A stretch of DNA of 64,000 bases from Candidatus Omnitrophota bacterium (lineage in GTDB: Bacteria; Omnitrophota; Gorgyraeia; Duberdicusellales; Duberdicusellaceae): assembly GCA_016932855.1 (NCBI GenBank), contig JAFGCB010000024.1, forward strand, positions 2,813 through 66,812, in the 5' to 3' direction. Every line of letters starts with the position of its first letter. Positions within the stretch are counted from its first letter, which is position 1. The notes beneath the pieces were generated by a model that had not been told where the DNA came from, searched no databases, and saw nothing but the letters and a program-made list of their open reading frames with translations. Positions 19,750 through 30,078 of this stretch are shown piece after piece. A program made the position numbers and the translations under genes.

Positions 19750-21369
19750 TTAGGTAGACAAGGGTAAGGTTATTGTGAAGGTAGTGCCGTGGTTGGGCGT
19801 GCTTTCCACGTTTATCGTACCTTTATGGTTTTGGATTATTCCGTAGGTAATTGCCAGGCCAAGGCCGACGCCCTTTTCTTTCTTGGAGTAGAAAGCATCG
19901 AATATATGGGGCATATCCTCTTCTTTTATTCCTTTTCCTGTATCCTTTATCATTATAATAATGCTGTTTGTGTCCTGCAGCTTGTAGCCTGCAGCTGTAT
20001 TCAAGGTCGTTTCAACTACTATCTCTCCCCCATCCGGCATGGCATCTATAGCGTTTAATATTATGTTTAGAAAGGCCTGCTTAATTTGTTTTGAATCCAC
20101 CGAAACTTCGGGGATATCCTGGCAAAAGTTTTTCGCTAAGGAGATGTTTTGCTGTTTCAGTTTAATTTCGATTAATTCCAGGGTTTCCTCAAGAAGGTTG
20201 CGGACATTAGAAGGTTTAAGCTCTAAAGGCTTAGGAGAAGAAAATTCAAGGAGCTGTTTTACAATAGAGCCTATTCGGTCAAGTTCAGAAGGCACTATTC
20301 TTTTAAACTTCTTTCTAAATTCAGCATCAGCATATTTCTTATCAACATAATCAGCAAATGTCCTAATAGATGTTAAGGGATTCTTTATCTCATGAGCAAG
20401 CCCGGAAGCCATAGTCCCGGCAGCAGCAAGTCTTTCTGCCTGAAGAAGCTTAGCTTGGGTAGTCTGGAGCTCTTCTTGAAGAAGGGTTGTTCGGGAAAGC
20501 AAAAACCGCTCTGCCTTGCGTTGGAAATAGATGTATAGAAATGGACCAGCAGTTGCTAATACAAACATGCTTATTCCCATAGTGAGCCATGATTTTGTCT
20601 GATATCCTATGTAAAAAGGTAGTCCTAAAACGACAGTATACACTATAGTAAATATACTTACTCGAGTTGCAGCAATTTTAATGTCCATTAGTCGATATTT
20701 AATTATTGCATAAGTAATAAATAGTGGATAAAAACCAATCATTAAAATCGAATAAGGATATAAATGGATTCCAAAACTAGGCAAAAACTCGAATTCAGCT
20801 CCTATCCATCCTATCGTAACGCCAAGGATAAAGTATTTGAGCTGATTGCGTCGTATTCCAGTGGAGCGGTTATATGCTTTAATTATTAAGAAAAAATTAT
20901 AACCCAACAAAACCATGTAGAAGCCTACATAAAAAACTAAATAAATAATACTTTTTGTGTTAAGCCAGTCGTGCCAGTAGAATTGCTCAAAGATAAAGTT
21001 TAGTTTGCCTAAAAATAGGCGCGAGCGGCCATACCAATTTAAAAGTAGAAATAAAAAACTGAGTAGATAGATAGTTCGTATAAACCATTTCTTTTGAAGG
21101 CTTAAGTAGCGGATAACAAAGTGTGTGAAAAAAGCACAAACAAAAATCACGCCACTATAGCCAATTTGCCACCACAAGAGCGCTAAATTATATGATGTTT
21201 CAGGAAGACTCGAGGACACGCTACAGGCAAGTCCCCATAGACCACTAGATACCGCTACCCCGCTAAAAATTCTTGCAGAAGGGTTCTTTTTCCATTTGAG
21301 CAGAAGAAAAATCGCGATACCAAAGTTACTTACCGTGGTGATAATTGAAAATAGCGTAAAGAGCTTCAT
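19750..21369 (-). CDS. sensor histidine kinase with N-terminal 7TM sensor domain (HisKA_7TM-like)
   Basis: Multi-TM N-terminus with KYRLMDI motif shared with two paralogs; H-box LAHEIKNPLTSI; HATPase_c G-boxes; overlaps ispF by 4 bp. Confidence 0.8.
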   Translation of the reverse strand: MKLFTLFSIITTVSNFGIAIFLLLKWKKNPSARIFSGVAVSSGLWGLACSVSSSLPETSYNLALLWWQIGYSGVIFVCAFFTHFVIRYLSLQKKWFIRTIYLLSFLFLLLNWYGRSRLFLGKLNFIFEQFYWHDWLNTKSIIYLVFYVGFYMVLLGYNFFLIIKAYNRSTGIRRNQLKYFILGVTIGWIGAEFEFLPSFGIHLYPYSILMIGFYPLFITYAIIKYRLMDIKIAATRVSIFTIVYTVVLGLPFYIGYQTKSWLTMGISMFVLATAGPFLYIYFQRKAERFLLSRTTLLQEELQTTQAKLLQAERLAAAGTMASGLAHEIKNPLTSIRTFADYVDKKYADAEFRKKFKRIVPSELDRIGSIVKQLLEFSSPKPLELKPSNVRNLLEETLELIEIKLKQQNISLAKNFCQDIPEVSVDSKQIKQAFLNIILNAIDAMPDGGEIVVETTLNTAAGYKLQDTNSIIIMIKDTGKGIKEEDMPHIFDAFYSKKEKGVGLGLAITYGIIQNHKGTINVESTPNHGTTFTITLPLST

Positions 21370-21824
21370 TGAATAACAGCTACGCTAATGCAGAATAGGC
21401 ACTCTTTCCTGGCGGGGATTAGGCCTTCTTGAGATTTTACTTTGAGGTTGAGTTTAGTTTCAGGCAGTTTTAGGAGTTTGCAAAGGCTTTGCACTATTTT
21501 TTGTTTGAAGCTTTTAAGTTTCGGCCTTTCAAGGATTACGGTTATATCAATATTGTTTATTCTTCGCTTGCCGAGTAGTTTAAGGACTTTTTTAAGGATT
21601 TCTTTGCTTGAGATGCCTTTACATTTCGGGTCTTCCGGAGGAAAATAATCACCGATATCCCCTTTTCCTAATGCTCCTAATATGGCATCGCAGACACTAT
21701 GCAGTATTACGTCGGCATCAGAAATACCGGCTAAACCCTTTGTGTAAGGAATTTCCACCCCGCCAAGGATTAATTTTCTTCCTTTAACCAGTCTGTGAAC
21801 ATCGAAGCCGAGTCCAATCTTCAT
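21366..21824 (-). CDS. ispF: 2-C-methyl-D-erythritol 2,4-cyclodiphosphate synthase
   Basis: IGLGFDVHRL motif; 152 aa. Confidence 0.9.
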   Translation of the reverse strand: MKIGLGFDVHRLVKGRKLILGGVEIPYTKGLAGISDADVILHSVCDAILGALGKGDIGDYFPPEDPKCKGISSKEILKKVLKLLGKRRINNIDITVILERPKLKSFKQKIVQSLCKLLKLPETKLNLKVKSQEGLIPARKECLFCISVAVIQ

Positions 21825-21909
21825 TGTTTGTAAAATTGTTTTTCGGGCATAGCGTTTTGGGTGTGGGGTGCCGGGAAGAAACGAAACCCGATACGCGACA
21901 CCCGAAGAC

Positions 21910-24111
21910 CTACCGCTTTGTTGTTGGTAGTTCCATGTAAAAGGTTGAGCCCTTCATGTATTCCGATTCAAACCAGATTTTACCCCTGTGGTTTTCTTCA
22001 ACAATTCTTTTTATAACGTACATCCCAAGGCCGGTTCCGGATTTTGCCGATGATTTGGTGGTATAAAAAGGAGCGAACATCTTGGATTTATTCTCTTCGG
22101 CTATGCCGATCCCGTTATCACTGACTTTTACAAGCAAGGAACCTTCAAGAGGCTGTAATTCTATATTCAGCTCTTTTTCGACTTTTTGAGGATTTCCATG
22201 ATTTTTAAGAGCCATCTGCTTATCTTCTATTGCTTCATAAGCATTATCAATTAAGTTAAAAACTGCCTCGGATAGCTGGGCCGGCGAGCCCCAGACCTTG
22301 GGAGTACCGTCAGTAACTTTTATTGAAGGCTTAAAATCTTTGAGGTTATGCTTTACGCCTAAGAGGTCAACCGCAACGTTTATTATCTCGTTTATGTCGA
22401 AGAATCTAAAGGAAGCGTCTTTTTCAGTGCGGGCATAATTAAGAATTCCCCGGATAATCTGGGCTGAATGAAGCACGTTTTTTTCTATTTTATCAAGACC
22501 GTAGAGACAATATTCTAAATCCTTCCTTAAGTTTTCGGGGTTTTCTTTCTCAAGGGTAGTCTGCACTACGTCTTTTAAGTCTCCGGCAACCGCGGCAAAA
22601 GCCTGGAGACGGTTATTTAACTGGTGCGATACCCCTTCAGCCATAGCACCGACTGTAGCTAATTTATCAGCGTGGAATATCTTCTCCTGCGTTTTCTTAA
22701 ACTCTTCCAGAAACAAGCAGTTCTCAATTGCCAAAGAAGCCTGGTGCGCTAAAATCTTAAAGACATTTATATCATCCTCCGTAAAAACCTGCTTATTCGG
22801 TTTCGAGCCTAACGCTAATATGCCTAGAAGGTCTCTTTCGGTAAGTGAAGGGATTACTAAATGGAGCTTGAATCTTTCGAAAAATTCTTTAATTTCCTTT
22901 TGATTGGCGCTATCTTGAATAACAAAGGGGATATCTTCCAATAATAAAGCCTCTTGGGTTTTTAAAAGATATTCAATAATCGGATGGTCGTGAGAGATTG
23001 CAACCTCCTCTTTAAATAATTCTCTATCCCGGTAAGCTTCTAGTTTGTAAACCTTTCGTTCTTTGTCGAAACGGAATATCGCCGCTACATCGACCCGCAC
23101 AGCTTTCGTAACAATATGAACAATTAAATTGATAAGTCGTTTAAGTTCCCGAATTTTCACCATTCCCTGAGCAGCCTGGATTAGTGTTTTTTGGTATCTC
23201 TTTTGCTGGGCCAGTATAAGATTTTCAGCTTTCCTTCGTAAGCGTGTATAAATCAGAGGCCCGGTGCTTGCTAAAAGAAACATTATCGCAGTAGACGGAA
23301 GCCAGGATTGAGTGGTGTATCCTATCCAGAACGGAATACCGAGAACTAAGGCGTATACAAAAGAGAAAATTCCGAAGCGGGTCAAAACAACGTTGATGTC
23401 CATGAGACGGTATTTAAGTATTGCATAGGTAAATATCAAAGGATAGAGAACAATACAGAGGTTGCTATAAGGATAGAGTTTTACACCAATCTCTATTGAC
23501 CACATTAATATTGGACCTAGCCAGCCAATGACTGATGCAACTATGAAATATTTTATTTGATTTCGGAAAATGCCACTAGATCGCTTGTAAGATTTAACTA
23601 GTAATAAGAATGAGAATCCTAAAAGTATCCAGTAAAACGAAATGTAAAAAACCAAATATAGAGGTATTTTATATATCCACCAATCAGAGTAATAAAATTT
23701 ATTAAAAACAAAACTCATTCCGCCTACAAAATATTCCTTGGGGAAAAACAAATTTAGGGATAGGAAAGTGTAAGCCAGTGTATATATGGTAATTAATATA
23801 TATCTGAAATAATCCTTTTTGAGACTAAGGAATGTGTAGATGAAGTGATAATAAAGCACAGGAGTGAGGATAACTCCTATGTTGGCAATTCTCCGCCAGA
23901 AAATTGCAGTCTCAAGGTCAAAGGTTGTAGAGAATTTATATACACCTACGCCCCAAATTGTTGTGAGTATACATAGCCATCCCCAGATTTTAGTTTTAAT
24001 GTTACGAGTCTTTTTGTCTCTCCAGAACAAAAATATTGCCAATAGAGAATTGGTAACAACAACCAAAATTCCAGAAATGCTAAATAAGTTAATATTTTGC
24101 ATAAGAGGCAA
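21910..24111 (-). CDS. sensor histidine kinase, HisKA_7TM-like membrane domain + GAF + HisKA + HATPase_c
   Basis: 733 aa paralog of the 19750 and 34502 kinases; H-box GVSHQLNNRL; last gene of the lipid operon. Confidence 0.8.
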   Translation of the reverse strand: MPLMQNINLFSISGILVVVTNSLLAIFLFWRDKKTRNIKTKIWGWLCILTTIWGVGVYKFSTTFDLETAIFWRRIANIGVILTPVLYYHFIYTFLSLKKDYFRYILITIYTLAYTFLSLNLFFPKEYFVGGMSFVFNKFYYSDWWIYKIPLYLVFYISFYWILLGFSFLLLVKSYKRSSGIFRNQIKYFIVASVIGWLGPILMWSIEIGVKLYPYSNLCIVLYPLIFTYAILKYRLMDINVVLTRFGIFSFVYALVLGIPFWIGYTTQSWLPSTAIMFLLASTGPLIYTRLRRKAENLILAQQKRYQKTLIQAAQGMVKIRELKRLINLIVHIVTKAVRVDVAAIFRFDKERKVYKLEAYRDRELFKEEVAISHDHPIIEYLLKTQEALLLEDIPFVIQDSANQKEIKEFFERFKLHLVIPSLTERDLLGILALGSKPNKQVFTEDDINVFKILAHQASLAIENCLFLEEFKKTQEKIFHADKLATVGAMAEGVSHQLNNRLQAFAAVAGDLKDVVQTTLEKENPENLRKDLEYCLYGLDKIEKNVLHSAQIIRGILNYARTEKDASFRFFDINEIINVAVDLLGVKHNLKDFKPSIKVTDGTPKVWGSPAQLSEAVFNLIDNAYEAIEDKQMALKNHGNPQKVEKELNIELQPLEGSLLVKVSDNGIGIAEENKSKMFAPFYTTKSSAKSGTGLGMYVIKRIVEENHRGKIWFESEYMKGSTFYMELPTTKR

Positions 24112-25566
24112 TTATTTTCCAAATGGCCAATGTTTTCCGAGGTCTTCCAGGATTAACCGTGCGCATCGTCGTCCAGAAAATGCAACATTTGGGATACCGC
24201 CTTGCCCGGAAGAACCAGTGGTTGTCCAGTGGCCAACGAGATAGATCCCATCTATAGAAGTTCGTTGCGGAATAATATTAGATTTAATCTGGTTTAATGT
24301 AGATACCCATCCGAGTACGGCTCCGTTTTTATTTAAGGTGTACCGATGAAATGTATGCGGAGTGGCAAATATTTTGACGTCAATTAAATTACGGAGATCG
24401 TAAAAGACCTTCTCCGATTTTTTAATTATGCGATTGCCGACCTCTATTTTATTCTCATCCCAGAATTTCTTGGAAATATAAGGAGAATATATAAATAGTT
24501 GCATGGTCGGCCTATTGGTGTTGCTTAAGCTTATGTCATGAGCAGATGGGAAACAGCAGAAAAAGTAATCGAGGTCAGCGTTCAATATGTTATATTGCTG
24601 AGAATAAATTCTTGAGTACACTTTCTCGATATCGTAAGTGGCGAAATAGCAAGTATTTATTCTTTCAGCAATTTCATTGTGCGCGTTTTCTTTGAGACCT
24701 AAATATACCAAGAACATAGACGGAGATGGAGTTAGTTTATTAATTGTGTTAAGTTCCTTAGTTTTGACATCAATCAGGTCTCCGAATGTCATGGAAACGT
24801 CTGCATTCGAGATAATTATGTTAGATGCTATTTCATCGCTAGTATCTAGTATTACCTTTTTGATTTTATTAGTTGTAATTATCTTTACAACCTTGCGGGA
24901 GAAAATTATCTCTCCTCCTCGCTCTTTTAATTTCTTTACTAGCATATTTGGCAGAGTTTGAATGCCACCTTTTGGATAATAGCCAGAATCCAAAACATAC
25001 TCTCGAAATAGAATTATAGCTGAGATAGCTGCGGCTTTTTTAGGAGAAAGTGCAATATTACTTGATAGGCCACCTAAAACAGATTTTAGATTTGGATCTC
25101 GAAAAAAATAATCCAGGGTTTCTTGAAAGACTTGTCCCTTAACTTTTTTATAAATATTAAAAAGCTGTTCTTGCAGAATGAAGCCGAAAAACTTTTCAAG
25201 ATTTTTTCGTTCTTTAGGGAAGCTTTTTTGAAATTCCGTTAGTGTATTTTTGGGACAAGCCCGAATGTATGTAGTATTATCGGGGAATATTATTTTATCA
25301 GTTGGATCAGCTTGGGAAAATTCGAGGCTTTCGTCCATTTGTAGCTCTCGGAGAGTTTTGCCTAATATTCCTCGCTTGATGCCGCCTAGGTAGTGTACTC
25401 CAATGTCAAATTTATAACCCTTTCGTTCAAAAGAAGTGCAGTAGCCACCTGGTTTATCATGCTTTTCGATGATTAAAACCTTTAATCCGGCTTTTGATAA
25501 ATAATTTGCGCAGATTAAGCTTCCAATGCCAGAACCTACGAATATTGCATCAAATTGGGTGTTCAT
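24112..25566 (-). CDS. FAD-dependent oxidoreductase, phytoene desaturase (CrtI)-like family
   Basis: N-terminal dinucleotide-binding fold FDAIFVGSGIGSL...LIIEKHDKPGGY; 484 aa. Confidence 0.7.
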   Translation of the reverse strand: MNTQFDAIFVGSGIGSLICANYLSKAGLKVLIIEKHDKPGGYCTSFERKGYKFDIGVHYLGGIKRGILGKTLRELQMDESLEFSQADPTDKIIFPDNTTYIRACPKNTLTEFQKSFPKERKNLEKFFGFILQEQLFNIYKKVKGQVFQETLDYFFRDPNLKSVLGGLSSNIALSPKKAAAISAIILFREYVLDSGYYPKGGIQTLPNMLVKKLKERGGEIIFSRKVVKIITTNKIKKVILDTSDEIASNIIISNADVSMTFGDLIDVKTKELNTINKLTPSPSMFLVYLGLKENAHNEIAERINTCYFATYDIEKVYSRIYSQQYNILNADLDYFFCCFPSAHDISLSNTNRPTMQLFIYSPYISKKFWDENKIEVGNRIIKKSEKVFYDLRNLIDVKIFATPHTFHRYTLNKNGAVLGWVSTLNQIKSNIIPQRTSIDGIYLVGHWTTTGSSGQGGIPNVAFSGRRCARLILEDLGKHWPFGK

Positions 25567-26153
25567 TTAATGTAGTTAACGCTGTCTTTTATTGGCTTTC
25601 GGAGAGATCGTGTATTTCTCTGGCTCGCGTATCCGAGTGTGATTACAGCAACCATTTTGCCTTTGTGTCTAAGCAATTTATTTATTTTCTGTGCTTGAAG
25701 TAACGGCGTATCAAGCCAACAAGAGCCAACCCCAAAACTTTCCGCTACTAACATCATATTTTGTATAGCTGCGGCGATGGCGGACAGTTCAACAATATCA
25801 AGGATTCGCTCAAATTTTAAGTACAGTTGCTTGAGTCTGTGTCTCATTGCGTGCATATCTCCAGAATTATAAACAATAATGATGGCTGCCGCGCTACGAA
25901 TTATATTGCTTGCAGAATACTCTAGCAGATTGGATACTGTCTTCGTAGAGGAATCGGCTCTTAATAAAAGTTGAGCAATCTCAACTATAGTTTTTTTGTT
26001 AGTTATCGCGAAGAACTTCCATGGTTGGTAATGATGAACGGCAGGTCCCCATATTCCAGCTTCAATAATTTTCGAGAGAATATTATGAGGTATTCGTTTT
26101 TTCTTATATTCTCGTACACACTGTTTAGACTTTATTAAGCGTAATAATTCCAT
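25563..26153 (-). CDS. nitroreductase family protein
   Basis: 196 aa; N-terminal RIPHNILSKIIEAGIWGPAVHHYQPW nitroreductase-like; 4-bp overlap with the downstream gene. Confidence 0.6.
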   Translation of the reverse strand: MELLRLIKSKQCVREYKKKRIPHNILSKIIEAGIWGPAVHHYQPWKFFAITNKKTIVEIAQLLLRADSSTKTVSNLLEYSASNIIRSAAAIIIVYNSGDMHAMRHRLKQLYLKFERILDIVELSAIAAAIQNMMLVAESFGVGSCWLDTPLLQAQKINKLLRHKGKMVAVITLGYASQRNTRSLRKPIKDSVNYIK

Positions 26154-27241
26154 CTTTTTTCCCCGATTATATCATAAATCGACTTTTGTTCATGGTAATA
26201 TTGAAACGACGGCAATAATTTTTGATCAGTGATCTGTGGAATTCGGAAATTATAACCATCAAGAGTTTTTTGTGTATGTATATAACAGAATTTTGTTGTA
26301 TAGTTAAAGTAGGGTATATATGGTGATGCTAAGATTTTTTGCGCAGGAGTCCAATAAGAATAATCAAACCTCTCAGCCGGTATTAGCCTCGGTGTTCGAA
26401 ATTGAAAAAAACGCGAGGCCAAATCCATGAATTTACCAACATTAAAGGGTTTTGGCGAAACAACATGATAAGTAGTATTGCTGCCCTGATCCCCTAGTAA
26501 AAAAAATACTTTTGCCACTGTATCGATGTTGATTAGATTTTGGTGACAATCAATGTTGATAGGAAACTCATTGTAGATCTCTTTGGAAAAAAAACGAATC
26601 GGTTCGTAGAAAAGTCGGAAAGTGGTGGCTTGGCCAGTCTTGGAATGCCCTATAACCATACTAGGTCTAAAAACAGAAATATTCAGTCCTTTTACGCGAT
26701 AGTCTTGGACTAAAAGCTCGGCTTCATATTTTGTCTGTTCGTAGGTGTTGTTAAATCCCTGGCCGAGCTCTAATTCGTTCTCTCTAAAGTTATAGTCATT
26801 TTTTGTCCCTACTACGTATGCTGTGCTTATATGGTTAAACTTTTCAAGCTTCGGGAATTTCAAAGCGAAATCAAGAACATTTTTTGTGCCCAGAACGTTT
26901 ATTTTTCGGATTACTTCGAGTTCAACTCTTAATTTTGCCAGGGCTGCGCTGTGAAAGATTATTTCGCAATCAGCGCGAATCTCGTCGATTAATTGTTTTG
27001 ACTTTATGCCTAAGTCGGTTAAGGTAATATCGCCATCGACTATTACCAGGTTTTTTGGACTTTGGCTGGTATGTTCTTCAGTCCAGAATTTTAGGGCATT
27101 TAATACTCGCGCCCGCGCAGCTTCTTTTTTACTGCTTCTTGCCAGAGCATAGACTTTACAGCCATTCTCAAGCAGGATTTTTAAAAGATAAGAAGCAACA
27201 AATCCGGTTGCCCCGGTCAATAATACAATTCGTTTTTCCAT
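26135..27241 (-). CDS. thioester reductase-domain (NAD_binding_4, fatty acyl reductase-like) protein
   Basis: LLTGATGFVASYLL Rossmann motif, catalytic YEQTK, alternating CLVR/GDI/HSAA blocks typical of terminal reductase domains. Confidence 0.7.
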   Translation of the reverse strand: MEKRIVLLTGATGFVASYLLKILLENGCKVYALARSSKKEAARARVLNALKFWTEEHTSQSPKNLVIVDGDITLTDLGIKSKQLIDEIRADCEIIFHSAALAKLRVELEVIRKINVLGTKNVLDFALKFPKLEKFNHISTAYVVGTKNDYNFRENELELGQGFNNTYEQTKYEAELLVQDYRVKGLNISVFRPSMVIGHSKTGQATTFRLFYEPIRFFSKEIYNEFPINIDCHQNLINIDTVAKVFFLLGDQGSNTTYHVVSPKPFNVGKFMDLASRFFQFRTPRLIPAERFDYSYWTPAQKILASPYIPYFNYTTKFCYIHTQKTLDGYNFRIPQITDQKLLPSFQYYHEQKSIYDIIGEKRWNYYA

Positions 27242-27256
27242 TACAGTTCGCTAAGT

Positions 27257-28480
27257 TTATTTGTTATTTAAGCTGCCAAATACCACACAACAATTATTTC
27301 CGCCAAACGCAAAGCCGTTATTTAGGACAATTTTTACTTCTTTTTTTCTAGCCGTATTAGGCACACAATCTATATCACATTCAGGGTCAGGGGTTTCATA
27401 ATTTATTGTGGGCGGGATTAGGCTATTTTCAATAACCAAGCAGCAGACTGCCGCCTCAATCGCCGAGGCTGCGCCCATAGGATGACCAAGCATTGATTTA
27501 ACGGAACTTACAGGAACTTTATAATCCGCGAAGACATCTTTTATAGCTGCGCATTCAACTTTGTCGTTAGTTGGGGTTCCGGTGCCATGGGCGCAGATAT
27601 AATCTACATCCCTGGTAGATAAACCAGCGTCTTTAATCGCCTTTTTCATCACATTCGCAACTCCTTTTGGGTCAGGAGCGGTTATGTGGTAGGCATCACA
27701 GGACAGACCATACCCTAAGACTTCCGCGTATATTTTGGCGTTTCGTTTAAGAGCTGATTCTAAAGACTCCAGAAGTATTACTCCCGCGCCTTCTCCTAAA
27801 ATTAAGCCCTTTCGGTTTTTATCAAACGGCTGGGGTTTTTCAGGGGCCATGCTGTAAAGGCGTTGAAAGCCGACATAGGCGACATGAGAAAAGGCTTCGG
27901 CGCCACCGGCAAGTATAAAATTTAAGTCTCCTTTTCTGATTAAATCATATCCATAGCCGATAGCGTAATTTCCGGCAGCGCAGGCAGTGGGGATTAAGCA
28001 ATTTAATCCCATTGCCTTAAATTGTATCCCGACATTAGCCGGGATATTGTGAACTGCTGCCTGAAGGACTCTTGTCCGGTCAACCTCTTTAAGCCCGCCT
28101 TTTGCCCAGGATTCTATCAATTCTTCCATTGGACGTTCGCCTACCGTAGTCCCGAAGATAATTCCGAATTTTTTTGAGTCGATAGCCGAAGGGTTGAGTT
28201 TCGCGTCTTCCAAGGCCAGATGAGCACCGGCTATCGCCAGCTGCGAGGTTTTCCCGAGAAACCTTGTTTTTCGTTTCGGGATAAAGGCGGCAGGATCAAA
28301 ATCTTTTATTTCACCTCCGTATTTGCAACGAAAACCTTCGGTATCAAAGGAGGTAATTTTACTTACCCCGGATTTTCCGGCGGTCAAGGCTTTCCAGAAA
28401 CCATCTTTCCCTGTTCCGATTGACGATATTACTCCCAGTCCGGTTACAACTATACGTCTTTTATTCCTCATATTTTGCAA
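27257..28480 (-). CDS. beta-ketoacyl-ACP synthase II-like, catalytically intact
   Basis: Active-site Cys in PTACAAG; both His present (CAHGTGT, MLGHPMG). Confidence 0.85.
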   Translation of the reverse strand: MQNMRNKRRIVVTGLGVISSIGTGKDGFWKALTAGKSGVSKITSFDTEGFRCKYGGEIKDFDPAAFIPKRKTRFLGKTSQLAIAGAHLALEDAKLNPSAIDSKKFGIIFGTTVGERPMEELIESWAKGGLKEVDRTRVLQAAVHNIPANVGIQFKAMGLNCLIPTACAAGNYAIGYGYDLIRKGDLNFILAGGAEAFSHVAYVGFQRLYSMAPEKPQPFDKNRKGLILGEGAGVILLESLESALKRNAKIYAEVLGYGLSCDAYHITAPDPKGVANVMKKAIKDAGLSTRDVDYICAHGTGTPTNDKVECAAIKDVFADYKVPVSSVKSMLGHPMGAASAIEAAVCCLVIENSLIPPTINYETPDPECDIDCVPNTARKKEVKIVLNNGFAFGGNNCCVVFGSLNNK

Positions 28481-29732
28481 TTATCGCGCTGGCGTTTCCT
28501 CCACCGGGGCCAAAATTGTTTATTAAAATATTATTAAGGGATTCATGCCTAGCTGAGTTAGGAACGTAATCAAGGTCACATCCGGATGCATTTCCTTCAA
28601 AATTTATTGTAGGAGGGATAACCGCATTTTTTAAAGCTCCTATAGAGGCCGCAATTTGTAATCCTCCATTGGCGCTTACGCTTTCACCGATCATTGACTT
28701 AATCGAGCTTACCGGGATGCTTTTCGAATAAAGTTTAAAGACTTTTTTTATGGCTTCAGTTTCAAGCGTATCCTGCACAGGGACTGAATTGGCAGAGGCG
28801 CAGATGTAGTCTATCTCTTCGGTATTAAGCTCTGCATTCTCTATTGCTCTTGTCATACTTTGGATAAGTCCCTCGGCCTTAGGGGCGTATTTACCGGTTT
28901 TGTAGGCGTCAAAAGAATTTTCAACGCTAAGAATTTCCGCCAGGATATTCGCCTTGCGTTTTTGAGCATATTCTTTATTTTCAATAACCAACGTCGTTGT
29001 TCCTTCGCCGAGAACTATGCCGTTATGTCTTTTATCGTAAGGACAGCTGATTTCAGGGCCTTTTAATCCGGCAAGAAATCCGATTTTATAAAATCCGGTA
29101 AAGTTGGAAAAGGAGAAGCTTTCAATCCCGCAGACAAGAACGATTTGAGCCCGGCCCAGTCTTATCAAATCAATAGCATACTTAAGGGCGTCAAGACCGG
29201 CTGTATAGCCGGTAGATATAGTCGTGTTGAAAGCCCTTGCTTTAAATCGTATAGACAACTGACTGGATGGAAAATTCATGGTAGTAGGCGGAAATAAAGC
29301 CGGGTTAACAAGCTGGGCTCCTTCGTCTACTTGTTCTTTAGTAAATTTTGCCAGATCCGAGGTAATTGAAAGCGTAGTCGCGGTTACCACTCCGATATCG
29401 TCAGCATTCTCGTCGGTTATCTGCAAGTTTGCGTCATCTAAGGCTAATTTTACTCCGGAGCAGAGCAGGGTTGTAGTGCGGTCAAGATTTCTTAAACCCT
29501 TAGTGCCTAAAAAATCTTCAGCTTTGAAATCAGTACATTCTCCGGCAGTTTTAGTCTTAAAAAAGGAGACATCAAAAAGAGTTATGGGTTTAATTCCCGA
29601 TTGGCCAGCATTGAGCGCTTTCCAAAAGGCTTCCTTGCCTGTTCCGTTAGGAGAAATAACACCGATTCCGGTAACTACGACTTGTTTGGCGTTCATTTTT
29701 TTACGTATCCAGGTTTCGTTCAATAATTTCAA
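28461..29732 (-). CDS. ketosynthase-like partner lacking catalytic residues (chain-length-factor-like)
   Basis: KS fold, but Cys replaced (ISTGYTAG) and both His replaced (CASANSV, MIGESVS); 20-bp overlap with the catalytic KS. Confidence 0.75.
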   Translation of the reverse strand: MKLLNETWIRKKMNAKQVVVTGIGVISPNGTGKEAFWKALNAGQSGIKPITLFDVSFFKTKTAGECTDFKAEDFLGTKGLRNLDRTTTLLCSGVKLALDDANLQITDENADDIGVVTATTLSITSDLAKFTKEQVDEGAQLVNPALFPPTTMNFPSSQLSIRFKARAFNTTISTGYTAGLDALKYAIDLIRLGRAQIVLVCGIESFSFSNFTGFYKIGFLAGLKGPEISCPYDKRHNGIVLGEGTTTLVIENKEYAQKRKANILAEILSVENSFDAYKTGKYAPKAEGLIQSMTRAIENAELNTEEIDYICASANSVPVQDTLETEAIKKVFKLYSKSIPVSSIKSMIGESVSANGGLQIAASIGALKNAVIPPTINFEGNASGCDLDYVPNSARHESLNNILINNFGPGGGNASAIIAKYEE

Positions 29733-30078
29733 GAAATTCGTTTGTATCGAACGGTTTATGCAGGTAGCCGGCGACTTTTAAGTTGACTGCCGATTTGTAT
29801 TTATCTTCGTCCACAAAACCGGTAATGAAAACTTCGGGAATCGGTGCTTTTCCCTGTTTTTGGCGAAAGTCACGAATTGACTTTATGGTTTCTATGCCGT
29901 CCATCTCCGGCATTCGTATATCGCAGACTATCATATGGAAATCGTCATTTTGAATCTTCGTAAGAGCATCCGCTCCCCCGTAAGCAATCGTTACCTCATA
30001 GCCTTTCTCTTGGAGTAATTTTTGCAGACTTTTCGTTATAATTTTCTCATCCTCGATTATTAAGATTTTATTTTTCAT
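29701..30078 (-). CDS. single-domain response regulator (CheY-like receiver)
   Basis: 125 aa; acidic pocket IEDE and phospho-Asp in VCDIRMPEMDG; embedded in the lipid operon. Confidence 0.8.
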   Translation of the reverse strand: MKNKILIIEDEKIITKSLQKLLQEKGYEVTIAYGGADALTKIQNDDFHMIVCDIRMPEMDGIETIKSIRDFRQKQGKAPIPEVFITGFVDEDKYKSAVNLKVAGYLHKPFDTNEFLEIIERNLDT

